NCBI GenBank assembly: GCA_041389865.1
Contig: JAWKRA010000004.1
Coordinates: 50,307-114,306 of the forward strand
Direction of reading: 5' to 3'
Length of the DNA stretch: 64,000 nucleotides
Origin: Nannocystaceae bacterium
GTDB taxonomy: Bacteria; Myxococcota_A; Polyangia; Nannocystales; Nannocystaceae
This document shows positions 1-10,074 of this stretch, piece after piece. A program made the position numbers and the translations under genes. A model generated the notes under the pieces. The model had not been told where the DNA came from and did no database searches. It saw only the letters and a program-made list of their open reading frames with translations. The first letter of the stretch is position 1. Each line of letters begins with the position of its first letter.

Positions 1-49
1 CGCTTGTGGCCGTCCAATCAGCAAAAAATGACTTGCTCGGAGACGCGCA

Positions 50-155
50 TTGACCTTTCGGACAACTTCGCAATTGACCTTTCGGACAGAAAAGTTGACC
101 TTTCGGACAATCTTCGACTTGACCTTTCGGACAGAAAAATTGACCTTTCGGACAA
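50..155 (+). repeat. Iteron-like array: five direct copies of TTGACCTTTCGGACA(A/G)
   Basis: Copies start at 50, 74, 95, 119 and 140, spaced alternately 24 and 21 bp, in a lower-GC segment upstream of ORF 202..591. Confidence 0.85.
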
Positions 156-201
156 TTGATCTGTGCGAATTCGGTCATGATTTCGTGGTAGTCCGAAACC
201 G

Positions 202-591
202 ATGGCGGAACCCAGCTCGGCACACGTACGCCTTCTGGTCGACTTCAAGGACGGCAAGAACATGCTCGAATTCGGCCCGGCTACACGCCATTCGATGCTG
301 AATCGAGGCCGAGAGATGTACGACGCTGGACTGAAACACGCGGACTACTACATAGGCGACGATCTCATCGTCTTCGGCACCGTGGTTCTGGGAACCAAGG
401 GTGAAGCCGACGCCGAGGAAGCAGCCGGGGACGAGGAAAAGCCAAAGCCGCCGCCTACCGCCTTGACCGGATCTCCACGGACGGCGTCGACCGGATGCTG
501 GCGAGCCACGACGGTGGGGAGTACGTCGCGGAGCGACGCGAAGGCAAGTGGTCGCTCGGGTATCGAGGGCTCTTCGCGAAGCCGATCCTGA
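202..591 (+). CDS. Hypothetical protein, possibly element-borne
   Basis: ORF directly downstream of the iteron array. No recognisable motif. It overlaps the next ORF in another frame. Confidence 0.3.
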   Translation: MAEPSSAHVRLLVDFKDGKNMLEFGPATRHSMLNRGREMYDAGLKHADYYIGDDLIVFGTVVLGTKGEADAEEAAGDEEKPKPPPTALTGSPRTASTGCWRATTVGSTSRSDAKASGRSGIEGSSRSRS

Positions 592-1733
592 CCGACGCCA
601 GCGAAGGGGAGTGCACCCTCCGCGCGCTTGAAGACGCGTCCTCCGAGTATTATCTCGTTACCCATGTTGATTGGGACATGTCCTCGAGTACGGCGTACGC
701 GCACGGTCGTGGGTTCGAAGTCCGCGTCCGTAAGACACCGTGGCCGGGGGTAGCGAGCCTCTTCGTACTGAGCGACCCCCCGAAGCCCCGGCGTTTCGAT
801 CACCTCCTCAACGGACCGATTCGGACGGTCATGATCCAGGCGGCGAAGGTGGTCCTCGGTCGGGCTCGCTTCCCCGCGTTGCCCGAGACCTCATTCGTGA
901 CGGACGCGGCGATGTTCCAATGGGAGTACACCGAGGACACTCCCAGGGTCATCGCGGTGGCGACGCGGGGCGACGCTCGTTTTGAGCTCTGCTTCGGTGA
1001 GCGCGGCTCGTTCGAACTCGGCTTCAACGACGGGGACATCGTCGACGTCGTGGACACGGCGAAGACCTTGTCGGATCTCATGGTGCCCCGAACGATGCCC
1101 ACGGATCGACAGCGAAAGAGCCGGACCTTCGTCGAGCTCTTCGCGGATCGAGCAGGAGGAGAACGGGACCGTGAGGGGCGGATCGAGCGAGCCGACGACG
1201 CGAACGAGATTCGAGCGCGCGTTGACGCTCAACCGCGGGATGCCGAGCTTTTGGCGGGGGAGTTCGAGGACGTCAGGCCCAAGGAGGCCAACCGCTCGAG
1301 CGGCGCAGCCCAGCGAAACATGGAGACGGTGGCCCGGCTGCAACAGCCAAGCGAGCCCCGTCGGGACGTCGAGTCGGTGATCGTGCCCGCCTCGCTACCG
1401 TCGACGCTCGCAGCCGCGAGCCCGACCAAGTCGTCGACGCGATGGGGCGCCTCACTCCTGTCGCGTCTCCCCAGCTCGCAGTCGCAGCGCATCCGCGAGG
1501 CCGTCGCATGGGCGGTCGACGCGATCGAGCGCGCTGTCGCAACGACACACGCGCGCGAGAAGCTCGGCAGTCAGAAGGCGCTGCTCGCCTACCTGACCGA
1601 GGCCAACACCGGGCAACCGCCCGAGCGCCACTGCTTCGGCGAGGCGCTCGTCTGGCTGTCGACACAGACCCCGGTCGTGACGCGACTCAACCGCCAGAAG
1701 TGGAGCTTGAAGCTCAGCGAGGTCGCCGGATAG
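495..1733 (+). CDS. Hypothetical protein (412 aa)
   Basis: Long ORF with no recognisable domain. It lies between the iterons and the integrase, so it may be mobile-element cargo. Confidence 0.4.
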   Translation: MLASHDGGEYVAERREGKWSLGYRGLFAKPILTDASEGECTLRALEDASSEYYLVTHVDWDMSSSTAYAHGRGFEVRVRKTPWPGVASLFVLSDPPKPRRFDHLLNGPIRTVMIQAAKVVLGRARFPALPETSFVTDAAMFQWEYTEDTPRVIAVATRGDARFELCFGERGSFELGFNDGDIVDVVDTAKTLSDLMVPRTMPTDRQRKSRTFVELFADRAGGERDREGRIERADDANEIRARVDAQPRDAELLAGEFEDVRPKEANRSSGAAQRNMETVARLQQPSEPRRDVESVIVPASLPSTLAAASPTKSSTRWGASLLSRLPSSQSQRIREAVAWAVDAIERAVATTHAREKLGSQKALLAYLTEANTGQPPERHCFGEALVWLSTQTPVVTRLNRQKWSLKLSEVAG

Positions 1734-1989
1734 GCTCCCGGATCGAAGACCCAGTGGTCGACGCCTGCGAGGACGACAAGCTGTTGTTGGCGATCGAGCA
1801 CATCCCGCGCGAGCCACTGCCGGTCGCCTCACCATATTGGCCACGCACGAGTCCGCTATTCGAAGACTAGTCTAGTTGCACGAGGCTGCGGCCCGAGCTG
1901 GAGCGCCATCCGCAGCACCCGACTGAGCGCGAGGGGGTGCGCGTCGACCGAGAGCGACCCGGTCAAAAGCCGCGCGCGGGGATCGAGCG

Positions 1990-3249
1990 CTACTTCTTAG
2001 GTAGCCTACAGTGAGCACGACCCCGCGCGCACCGACCGGGTGGCGCCGCAGACGTCGACTGTGCTGCGACGATGCTCTCCCCCATCGACTCGACGGCATC
2101 CCGAAGCACACGATCCGACAAGTGCGCGTAGCGAGCCGTCATCCGCGTCGAGGAATGCCCGAGAATCTTGGCCACGACCTCCAGCGACACCCCGGCCATC
2201 AGCGCGTCGCTGGCCGCCGAGTGGCGGAGGTCGTGCAGGCGAACGTCATGGAGCCGCGCGAGATCGCGGATTCCATACCACGTCCTCGTGAGCGCCGCGC
2301 CGTGCATGGGTTGCCCCGTCTGCGTGTGGATAACCCAGGGGACATCTGTATGCCGACGGCTTCGTAGATCTTCAAGCAGCGCGATCGCGTGCGACGACAC
2401 GGGGACGACGCGTTGCCCCGTCTTGGAATCGGGGAGCCGCAGGCAGCGGTGACGCGCGTCGACCATCGACCACTGCAACGAGAGCACCTCGTTGCGGCGC
2501 ATCCCGGTCAGCGCCAGGAGCCGGATCGCTGCGACAGAGTTCCAGCCGAACGAACCCCTGTGACCCGGGGGGGCGGTTTCCGCTTCCCGCAGCACGCGCT
2601 CAAGTCGGGCGCGCTCCTCGGGGGTCAGGAAGCGCTCACGGCTGCGCTCGCGGTAGAAGCGAACAGTTCGGGTCGGGCGCGGATGATCCCTTGGCAGGAC
2701 CTGCCAGTCGATCGCCTTCGTGTACATGTGCGAGAGGACGCGGATCATGTTGTTGGCGGTGACGGCCTTCGTCGACATCGTTGCGTGAAGCCGCTCGACA
2801 TCGACAGGAGTGATCTGATCGAGCGGCAAACCGCCAAGCGTGGGCAGGAGGTGCGCGCGGAGCTGGTAGCGGTAGCGGTCGGCGGTCGATGGCTTGACGC
2901 CGTGGCTGATGTGGTCGCGGTCGTACCGCTCGGCGAACTCGGCGAACGTGGGTACGGCTTTCGCTCGATGAGCCTCGCGAGGGAGCTCGAGCGGCGGCGC
3001 TGCGGGTGTCACGAGGACTCCCTCGAGGATCTCCATCGCCTTCGCTCGCGCCTGGCTGCAGGTCATCCGTTCGGCCGAGCCGATGCGCACCCGGACATCG
3101 CGGCCGTTTGGTCGATGGCGAGCGATGTAGATCTTGCGACCGCTCGGGAGCACCCGGAGGACGAACCCACGGACGGCGTCGCAGGTGATCTCGTACTTGC
3201 TGACGCGCGGTCGTGCTCGCTTGACGGTGATGTCGTTGAGGACAGGCAT
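1990..3249 (-). CDS. int: Tyrosine recombinase / phage-type integrase
   Basis: C-terminal catalytic domain carries the R, H-x-x-R, H and Y motifs (RRNEVLSLQW, HDLRHSAASD, LGHSSTRMTARYAH). The start is the ATG MPVLNDITVKRARP, consistent with the N-terminal arm-binding region. Confidence 0.9.
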   Translation of the reverse strand: MPVLNDITVKRARPRVSKYEITCDAVRGFVLRVLPSGRKIYIARHRPNGRDVRVRIGSAERMTCSQARAKAMEILEGVLVTPAAPPLELPREAHRAKAVPTFAEFAERYDRDHISHGVKPSTADRYRYQLRAHLLPTLGGLPLDQITPVDVERLHATMSTKAVTANNMIRVLSHMYTKAIDWQVLPRDHPRPTRTVRFYRERSRERFLTPEERARLERVLREAETAPPGHRGSFGWNSVAAIRLLALTGMRRNEVLSLQWSMVDARHRCLRLPDSKTGQRVVPVSSHAIALLEDLRSRRHTDVPWVIHTQTGQPMHGAALTRTWYGIRDLARLHDVRLHDLRHSAASDALMAGVSLEVVAKILGHSSTRMTARYAHLSDRVLRDAVESMGESIVAAQSTSAAPPGRCARGRAHCRLPKK

Positions 3250-3298
3250 GGCTCGATTCCGATCGATCCGTATTCGATCCAAACCGGCGCCACAATGA

Positions 3299-5800
3299 CA
3301 TGTCTCAAGAGACACAATGTCGAGAATTTTCAGGAATTTGACCGATTTTGCGCGTGACTTCCGAACCGACAACGTGATGATCGGCGACGACGGGCGCGTG
3401 CGCGTGATGGACTTCGGGCTGGCGCGAAGCCCCGGCGAGCTGAGCACGGCCGGCGACGTGACGCTCGAGAGCGACGGCCCGCCGAGCTCGAGCGCGGAGA
3501 GCACGGACACGCGACTGCTGAGCCAACCCCTGACCCGCACCGGCACGCTGCTCGGGACCCCCGCGTACATGTCGCCCGAGCAGTGCGCAGGGCGGCCCAC
3601 CGACGCTCGCAGCGATCAATTCAGCTTCTGCGTGAGCCTGTTCGAGGCGCTCTACAAGCAGCGCCCGTTCCCGTGCACGTCGATCGCCGAGCGCCTGCAC
3701 GCGATCGAGACGGGCACGGTCGCCGCGGTGACGCACGCCGGGGTGCCGAGCCGGCTGCATCGCGCGCTGCTCCGCGGCCTCGCGCGCGCTCCCGAAGATC
3801 GCTGGCCGTCGATGGACGCGCTGCTCGCCGCGCTCAGCGACGAGCCGGAGAAGCGCTGGCGACGGCGAGCCGCCGGCGCGCTGGCGACGGCGGTCGTCGG
3901 GGGCGGCGCGCTCACGCTCGCGCTCACGCTGAGCAGCGCCGCCGGGCAGGTCTGCGCGGGGATGGAGAAGCACGTCCAGGAGGTGTGGGGCCCCGACCAG
4001 CGCGCCGAGGTCCGCGCGGCGATCGAGCGCACTGGGCTCAGCTACGCGGCGGAGACGTGGTCGCGGATCGAGGGCGGCCTCGACGACTACACCGAGCGCT
4101 GGGTCGCGGCCCGCGTCGACGCCTGCGAGGCGACCCACAGCGGCGAGCAGTCCGAGCGGCTCCTCGATCTGCGGATGACCTGTCTCGATGAACACCTCGG
4201 TCAAGTCCAGGCCACGGTGCAGCTGCTGCGCGAGGCGGACGCGGACGCGGTCGAGCACGCGGCCGACGCCCTCGCCAAGCTGCCGGCGCTCGATCGCTGC
4301 GCCGACGCGGCGGCGCTCTCCGCCGAGGTCCCGCCGCCCGCAGACCCCGAGGTCGCACGGCGCGTCGCGGAGCTCACCAGCATGTTCGTCGACGCCGAGG
4401 TGCTCGCGCGCGTGACGAAGTACAGCGAGGCCCTCGAGCTCGTCGGGGCGGTGGCGAGCGAGGCGAGCGCGCTTGACTACGCGCCGCTCGAGCTCCGCGC
4501 GCGGCTGCTCGAGGGGGAGCTCCAGCGCCAGACAGGCGAGCACGCGCTGGCCGAGGCGACGTTCGAGCGCGCCTACGACGGCGCGCTGCGTCGCGGGATG
4601 ATCCCCGAGGCCGCCCGCGCAGCGATCGAGATCACCGTGCTCCTCGGCACCAACCTCGCGCGCCCCGAGGACAGCGCGGGCTGGGCCAGACACGCCGAGC
4701 TGCTGAGCGAGGCTGACGGGCGGGAGGTCGCCCAATCCCGCTTCCTCCGCTACCGCGGGCTCGTGAGCACCGCGCAGGGTGACTACGCTGCAGCCTACGC
4801 GGACTACGAGCGCGCGCTTGCGATGAGCGAGCGTATGTACGGGCCCGATCACCCCGCGGTCGCGACCGCGTTGAACAACCTCGGGAACGCGTGCCAGAAG
4901 CTGGGGCGCTTCGACGAGGCGCTCGGCTACAACGAGCGCGCGCTGGTCATCGACGAGCGCACCCACGGCCCGGGTCACCCGTTCACCGCGACGTCCTTGT
5001 TCAACCTGGGCACCGTGGCCAAGGCCAAGGGCGATCTCGACGCGGCCGCGCGCTTCCACGAGCGCGCGCTGGCGATCCGCGAGCGCGCCCTCGGACCCGA
5101 GCACCCCGACGTCGGCGGATCGCACAACAGCCTCGGCTCGATCGCCAAGCGCCGCGGCGATCTCGACGCGGCCCAACAGCACTACCTGCGCGCGCTGAGC
5201 ATCTTCGAATCGCACTTCGGCGGCGATCACCCCTACGTCGCGGGCGCGCTGACCAACCTCGGCTCCGCGGCCCGGAAGCTGGGGAATCTCGAGCAGGCCC
5301 GCGCGTACCTCGAGCGCGCGCTCGAGATCTCCGAGCGTCGCCTCGGTCCCGATCACCCCAACCTGGGCATCACGCTGTCGAGCCTCGGCGAGCTCGCGCT
5401 CGCGGAGGGCGACTACCCACGCGCCCGCGCGCGCTTCGAGCAGACGCTCGCGCTGTTTGAGCGCTCGCTGGGTCCCGAGCACGCTGCGGTGGCGGACACC
5501 GCGACGAACCTCGGCGTGGCGCTCCTGCACCTCGGCGACCCGAGCGCGGCGCTCGTGCACCTCGAGCGGGCCATGGAGATTCGGGCCAAGACCGAGTCAG
5601 CGCCCGACGCCGCGGCGGAGACCCAGTTTCGCCTGGCGCAAGCGCTGTGGGACGCGCGGCCGACCGGCGCCGATCGTCGACGCGCGCTCGAGCTCGCGGA
5701 GAAGGCCGACGCCGACGCCGTCGCCAGCGGCGTCAAGGATGAGCTGCGGGCGGAGATCGAGGCGTGGCGCGCCGCGAGGTCGACCACGCGCGATCGCTGA
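3299..5800 (+). pseudogene. 5'-truncated Ser/Thr protein kinase fused to a TM segment and TPR_12-type repeats
   Basis: Frame opens at 3299 directly after a stop. The first residues are kinase subdomain VIb onward (DFRTDNVMIGDDGRVRVMDFGLAR, GTPAYMSPEQ), with no Gly-loop, Lys or Glu N-lobe. A TM stretch and repeated TPR units follow (NLGN..G..D.A....RAL.I.E...GP.HP). The gene abuts the integrase start. Confidence 0.55.
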
Positions 5801-5951
5801 GCCCGAGGCCGCGTGACCCGCTCCCGAATGGGAGTGACGGGCGAGCGGCTTGGCGGCCGTCCACGACGGAGCGACACGGGAGCGCGGCCGCGAACGAAAA
5901 CCACTACGCGCAGAGGAACAGCCGCAGTACCGTCAGGAGGTCACGATACCC

Positions 5952-7319
5952 ATGCGGATCGCCTCCCCATTCGCGCTCGTGTGTCTGGTCAGCGTCTCGC
6001 CGCTGCAACCACGCTCGTGCTGCGACGGCGAGCCTGTGGAGACCTGCACGACCGACGCGTCCGCCGAGGAGGCGTGCCCGAGCAGCGGCGACCTCAGCAC
6101 ATCGGAGAGCGCTGGAGACACGGACGCACCCATCGCCGACGCGGTCGCGATCGACATCGCCGCGGGCGCGAATCACACCTGCGCGCTGCTGACAGACGGC
6201 AGCATCCGCTGCTGGGGGAGCGCAGCGTTCGGCCAGCTCGGCCTGGCGAGCACCGAGGACATCGGTGATGACGAGCTCCCGAGCTCGGCGCCCATCGTCG
6301 ATCTGGGGTCAAAGGCGACGCAGTTGGCAGCCGGAGAGGCGCACACGTGCGCGCTCCTGGAGGACGGAGAGCTCCGCTGCTGGGGACGCGGCGACTCGGG
6401 TCGGCTCGGCCTCGGCGACACCCAATCCATCGGCGACGACGAATCGCCTACCTCCGTCCCCCTGGTCAACGCCGGCACGTCGCGCGTGCTCCACGTCGTA
6501 GCGGGAGGCGCACACACCTGCATCGTCGCGTCGGGTGGTTCGATTCGTTGCTGGGGCAGCGGCGAGTTCGGACAGCTCGGCCTCGCCAACACGGAGGACA
6601 TCGGCGACACCGAGCCGCCGAGCACGGTCCCGCCCCCTGGGGTGCCCCCGTCCGCGGGGCTTACGGCGGGGCAGGCTCACACCTGCAGCGTCGCGCCGGG
6701 CGGGGAGGTGTACTGCTGGGGTCAAGGGCAATTCGGGCAGCTCGGGCACGCGTCCACGGACGACATCGGCGACGACGAGTCGCCGCTCGACGCCGGTCCC
6801 GCGAGCGTGGGCAGCGGGATTGCGCTGGACATTGCAGCCGGTGACGCTCACACGTGCGTGTTGATCTTGAATGGTGTCGTTCGCTGCTGGGGTCTGAACA
6901 GCTCTGGCCAGCTCGGTCTGGGGAGCACGGAGAACCTCGGCGACGACGAATTGCCGACCTCTGCGTCAACCGTAGCGCTCGACGGAGACGTCGTGCAATT
7001 GAGCGCCGGCGGGAGCCACACCTGCGCGCTCCTGGACAACCGCGAGGTTCGCTGCTGGGGCAGCGGCGAGTATGGTCAGCTCGGGCACGGGAGCACGGAG
7101 AGCGTCGGCGACGATGAAGCGATCATCACCGCGCCGCTCGTCGACGTCGGCGGGCCTGCGAAGCAGCTGACCGCCGGCCGACACCACACCTGCGCGTTGT
7201 TGGAGGACGGCTCGGTGCGCTGCTGGGGACGAAGCAATTTCGGTCAGCTCGGCTATGGGGACCAGGAGACGCTCGGGGATGACCCAGACGACGGCGCGCC
7301 TCCTCCGGTGTCGCTGTAG
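5952..7319 (+). CDS. RCC1-repeat (regulator of chromosome condensation-like) secreted protein
   Basis: About seven repeats of the form HTCAL..DG..RCWG...GQLGLG. ATG at 5952 with AGGAGG 11 nt upstream, and an N-terminal signal peptide. Confidence 0.85.
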   Translation: MRIASPFALVCLVSVSPLQPRSCCDGEPVETCTTDASAEEACPSSGDLSTSESAGDTDAPIADAVAIDIAAGANHTCALLTDGSIRCWGSAAFGQLGLASTEDIGDDELPSSAPIVDLGSKATQLAAGEAHTCALLEDGELRCWGRGDSGRLGLGDTQSIGDDESPTSVPLVNAGTSRVLHVVAGGAHTCIVASGGSIRCWGSGEFGQLGLANTEDIGDTEPPSTVPPPGVPPSAGLTAGQAHTCSVAPGGEVYCWGQGQFGQLGHASTDDIGDDESPLDAGPASVGSGIALDIAAGDAHTCVLILNGVVRCWGLNSSGQLGLGSTENLGDDELPTSASTVALDGDVVQLSAGGSHTCALLDNREVRCWGSGEYGQLGHGSTESVGDDEAIITAPLVDVGGPAKQLTAGRHHTCALLEDGSVRCWGRSNFGQLGYGDQETLGDDPDDGAPPPVSL

Positions 7320-7455
7320 ACGGCCGCCGACGCGATCGATCCATGGAGCGGTCGCAGCAAACCACGACGAATGCGGCGATCCTTGCGCTCCCTCGCCCGC
7401 CGCGGGCCGGGTGCGAGTGACCTAAACTTCGGGGCAGGTTTTGATCGCGACGCGC

Positions 7456-7887
7456 TCACTTCGCGCAGCAGAAGATGTGGGCCTCGCGGTCGCGAACCTC
7501 CCCCGTCTTCGCGTCACGCGAGGAGTAGTGCGCGCGGATGCCAGCTTCACAGCCCATGGACTCGGGGAAGTCACCCAAGCCGGAGCCGGCGTACGCGATC
7601 TTGTCCTTGCAGTGCTCGTCGTACTCGGGCGTGCGTCTCACGTCCTCGGAGAGCCCGGCTGGCGTGACCGCCGGCGCCGTCTCTGGGGTGGCCGCTTTCG
7701 TCTCTGGGGTCGCTGCTTTGGTCTCTGGAGTCGCCGCTTTGATCTCTGGAGTCGTCGCCTGCGGCGTGGGCGTGGGCGCCGATGCGGGGGCCGTGGGAGC
7801 CTCCTCGGGGTCGACCGCCGTCGGGCTCGGATCGCAGGCCAACGAGGCGGCTCCAAGGGCCAGCAGCGTGATCCACGTGAGTCGCAT
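7456..7887 (-). CDS. Lipoprotein with TPETKAA tandem repeats
   Basis: Signal peptide and lipobox MRLTWITLLALGAASLAC. The repeat ATPETKA is encoded by three 21-nt tandem DNA copies at about 7690–7760. Confidence 0.6.
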   Translation of the reverse strand: MRLTWITLLALGAASLACDPSPTAVDPEEAPTAPASAPTPTPQATTPEIKAATPETKAATPETKAATPETAPAVTPAGLSEDVRRTPEYDEHCKDKIAYAGSGLGDFPESMGCEAGIRAHYSSRDAKTGEVRDREAHIFCCAK

Positions 7888-8000
7888 GCTGCGAGCGTAC
7901 GCGATTCTCCACGGAGCTGCCCCGTGCTCCTCTCGCCACCCAGGCGCCGGGTCGCGGCGCGAAATCGTGCGACTCCTTGACCCTGTGGAGCGACCGACCG

Positions 8001-8354
8001 TCACCGATCGTCTTGGCTCGCAAGCGCCCCGAACACCGACTCCACCGTCGGGTCCCCCGCCCAGCGCTCGGAGTGGCAGTAGTTGCGGAGGGCCTCCACC
8101 AACTTGATGTCGGGCTCCTGCCCGATCGCGCTGACGACCTCTCGCTCGGTGAGGCCGCGCTGTCGGAGCGCGTCCAGGAGGCCCTTGAGGTGGCGAGCGA
8201 CCGCCTGCGCGAGCGCGTCGCCAGACTCGCGGGACCGGTCACGCTCCGTCAGGAGCCGCCGCGCGAACCGTTCGGGCGCCATGAGACCGGCCTGGGCGGC
8301 GACCCACGACCTGTGCCGGATACGCTCGAGGTGGGCGAAGTCGTCGTCAGTCAC
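8001..8354 (-). CDS. Hypothetical helical protein
   Basis: ORF overlaps the downstream lipoprotein gene by 4 nt. No motif recognised. Confidence 0.4.
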   Translation of the reverse strand: MTDDDFAHLERIRHRSWVAAQAGLMAPERFARRLLTERDRSRESGDALAQAVARHLKGLLDALRQRGLTEREVVSAIGQEPDIKLVEALRNYCHSERWAGDPTVESVFGALASQDDR

Positions 8355-8559
8355 GCTCGCAGACTACCGAGCAGAGATCGGGGCGACAAGGCGCGGGGCG
8401 TCGGCCAGGAGCAAGTCTGAGGAGTCCCGCGACGTTGTGCGACGAACGGAGCGTCGAGCGATCAGCGACGACGCCGATGCGCAGAGCTGCCCAACCCGCG
8501 TCGGTGACCACGAGCACGCGTCGGGCGGCGGACGTCGCGGGGCGTCCTCGGACGCGCTC

Positions 8560-10074
8560 TTACCGGCGACGCCAGTAGGCGCCGCGAACGAGCGAGGCCG
8601 CCGCGCCGAGCACGAGCGCGCTGGGCAGCCACACAGGGAGGGTCCCCGCGATCCCGAGCAGCACGCTCGAGACGCCGAGGCACACGCTCGCGGCCGCGAG
8701 GCAGACTGCCACGAGTCCGAGGCTCCTCGCACGTGTCCTTGTAGACAGCTCACTTCCACGCCGGCGTGCCGCCAGCACCCGCGCGCCGTAGACGAGCAGC
8801 GCGACGAGCCCGAGCGCGACCAAGCCGAGCATGACAAGGCCCAGCGCGCCGCCCCACCATACGCCCCCGGAGGAGGACACGCCGGTCGTCGCGCGCGTGA
8901 TGAAGCCGCGGATGAATTGCACGGGGCCGTCGCTGGGCGCCGCGAGGTGCGGAAAGGACGTCTCCGGCGGTCGCGTCGCTCGATCGACGCCGTCGCGGAG
9001 CCCGGGCTTGCGGCCGCGATGGACGAGCAGCGTGAGCAGCGTGTCCATGATGTCATCGTCGAGCGCACGACCGCCGCAGCTCTCGCTGCGCTCGCCGCGG
9101 AGGAGCGCCGCCTCGATCGCAAAGAAGCCGACGCCGGTGCAGCCGGGCGCCGTGTCGACCACCAGGAAATCGGCGAGCAGCAGCTCCACCAGGGCGTTGC
9201 GATCGGCCTCGGGCCACTCCTGCGCGCCGTCGATGCCGTCGTACCAGTCCACGTTCTCACGCAGCCGCGCGCGATAGTCCGGGAGGTTCTCGGCGGCGAC
9301 GGCGAACGGCTCCTCCGCGTTGTAGCGCGGCTTCAGCTCGACGCGATCGCGGGCCACCAGGCACACGTTGGTGATCTCGGGTCGGCCGACGCGATCGAGC
9401 CGCCGCGTCTCGCCGGAGCCCTCGTCGGTGGTCACCGTCTGCGCCGCGACGGCCAGCAGCGAGCCCGCGCCCGCGCCGAGCTCCGCGGCCACGTCGACCT
9501 CGAGGGCGACGCTCAGCACGTTCATGTCCTCCAGGCCGTTGTCGTCCCGCGGCGGGAGCAGCACGCCCCGCTCGCTCACGCTCGAGAACCACGGCGTGTT
9601 GAGGAAGAACGGATCGGAGCGACGCCCGGCGAACACCCGGAGCCCGCTCGACGGCGCGACCTCGTCGATCGCGTCGACGTCGGCCGAGACCACGGTCCCG
9701 GCGGTGCTCTGGCAGGTGACGCGATGGGTGGCGAACCATCCGTGGGGCGTCTCGAAGCTGCAGGAGATGCGATAGTCACCGACGGTGTCAAAGCCCGCCG
9801 AGCGCCCGACGCCGCGAATCGCCGCGCGCCGAAGCAGGAGCTCGTAGCGCACCCGATCGGAGAAGTGCCCGCGGCGGCTCACGAGCGGGTAGACGTTCAG
9901 GATCACGGTCAGGTGCCCTGGACGCCCGGCGGTCGGGAACGCGAACAGATCGGTGATGTCCGAGACGGGCTCCCCGATCGCGATCGGTCCGTCGACGTGA
10001 TCGCTGGCGCGCGTCACCCCGAGCGGCGCGAGCGCGACGAGCAGCGCCAGCGCCCCGACTCGCGACCCCGTCAG
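8560..10074 (-). CDS. DUF4331-like secreted protein with C-terminal TM helices
   Basis: Mature N-terminus SDHVDGP follows signal peptide SRVGALALLVALAPLGVTRA. Motifs DLFAFP and SDPFF match the DUF4331 family. No ATG, GTG or TTG precedes the signal peptide. The only start candidate is a CTG at 10074 that overlaps the upstream stop as CTGA. Confidence 0.55.
   Translation of the reverse strand: MTGSRVGALALLVALAPLGVTRASDHVDGPIAIGEPVSDITDLFAFPTAGRPGHLTVILNVYPLVSRRGHFSDRVRYELLLRRAAIRGVGRSAGFDTVGDYRISCSFETPHGWFATHRVTCQSTAGTVVSADVDAIDEVAPSSGLRVFAGRRSDPFFLNTPWFSSVSERGVLLPPRDDNGLEDMNVLSVALEVDVAAELGAGAGSLLAVAAQTVTTDEGSGETRRLDRVGRPEITNVCLVARDRVELKPRYNAEEPFAVAAENLPDYRARLRENVDWYDGIDGAQEWPEADRNALVELLLADFLVVDTAPGCTGVGFFAIEAALLRGERSESCGGRALDDDIMDTLLTLLVHRGRKPGLRDGVDRATRPPETSFPHLAAPSDGPVQFIRGFITRATTGVSSSGGVWWGGALGLVMLGLVALGLVALLVYGARVLAARRRGSELSTRTRARSLGLVAVCLAAASVCLGVSSVLLGIAGTLPVWLPSALVLGAAASLVRGAYWRRR

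Noticed and set aside
3255-3296. tRNA-like 3' end (..TTCGATCC..AACCGGCGCCA) next to the integrase
   Set aside because: An acceptor-like CGGCGCCA and a TTCGATCC T-loop-like string are present. No convincing T-stem pairing exists and no full cloverleaf can be drawn on either strand. It may be an att-site tRNA remnant, but the call is unsupported.
3305-5560. 751-aa minus-strand ORF opposite the kinase/TPR gene
   Set aside because: Arg/Ala-rich translation typical of an antisense shadow frame in high-GC DNA. The plus frame carries the kinase and TPR motifs.
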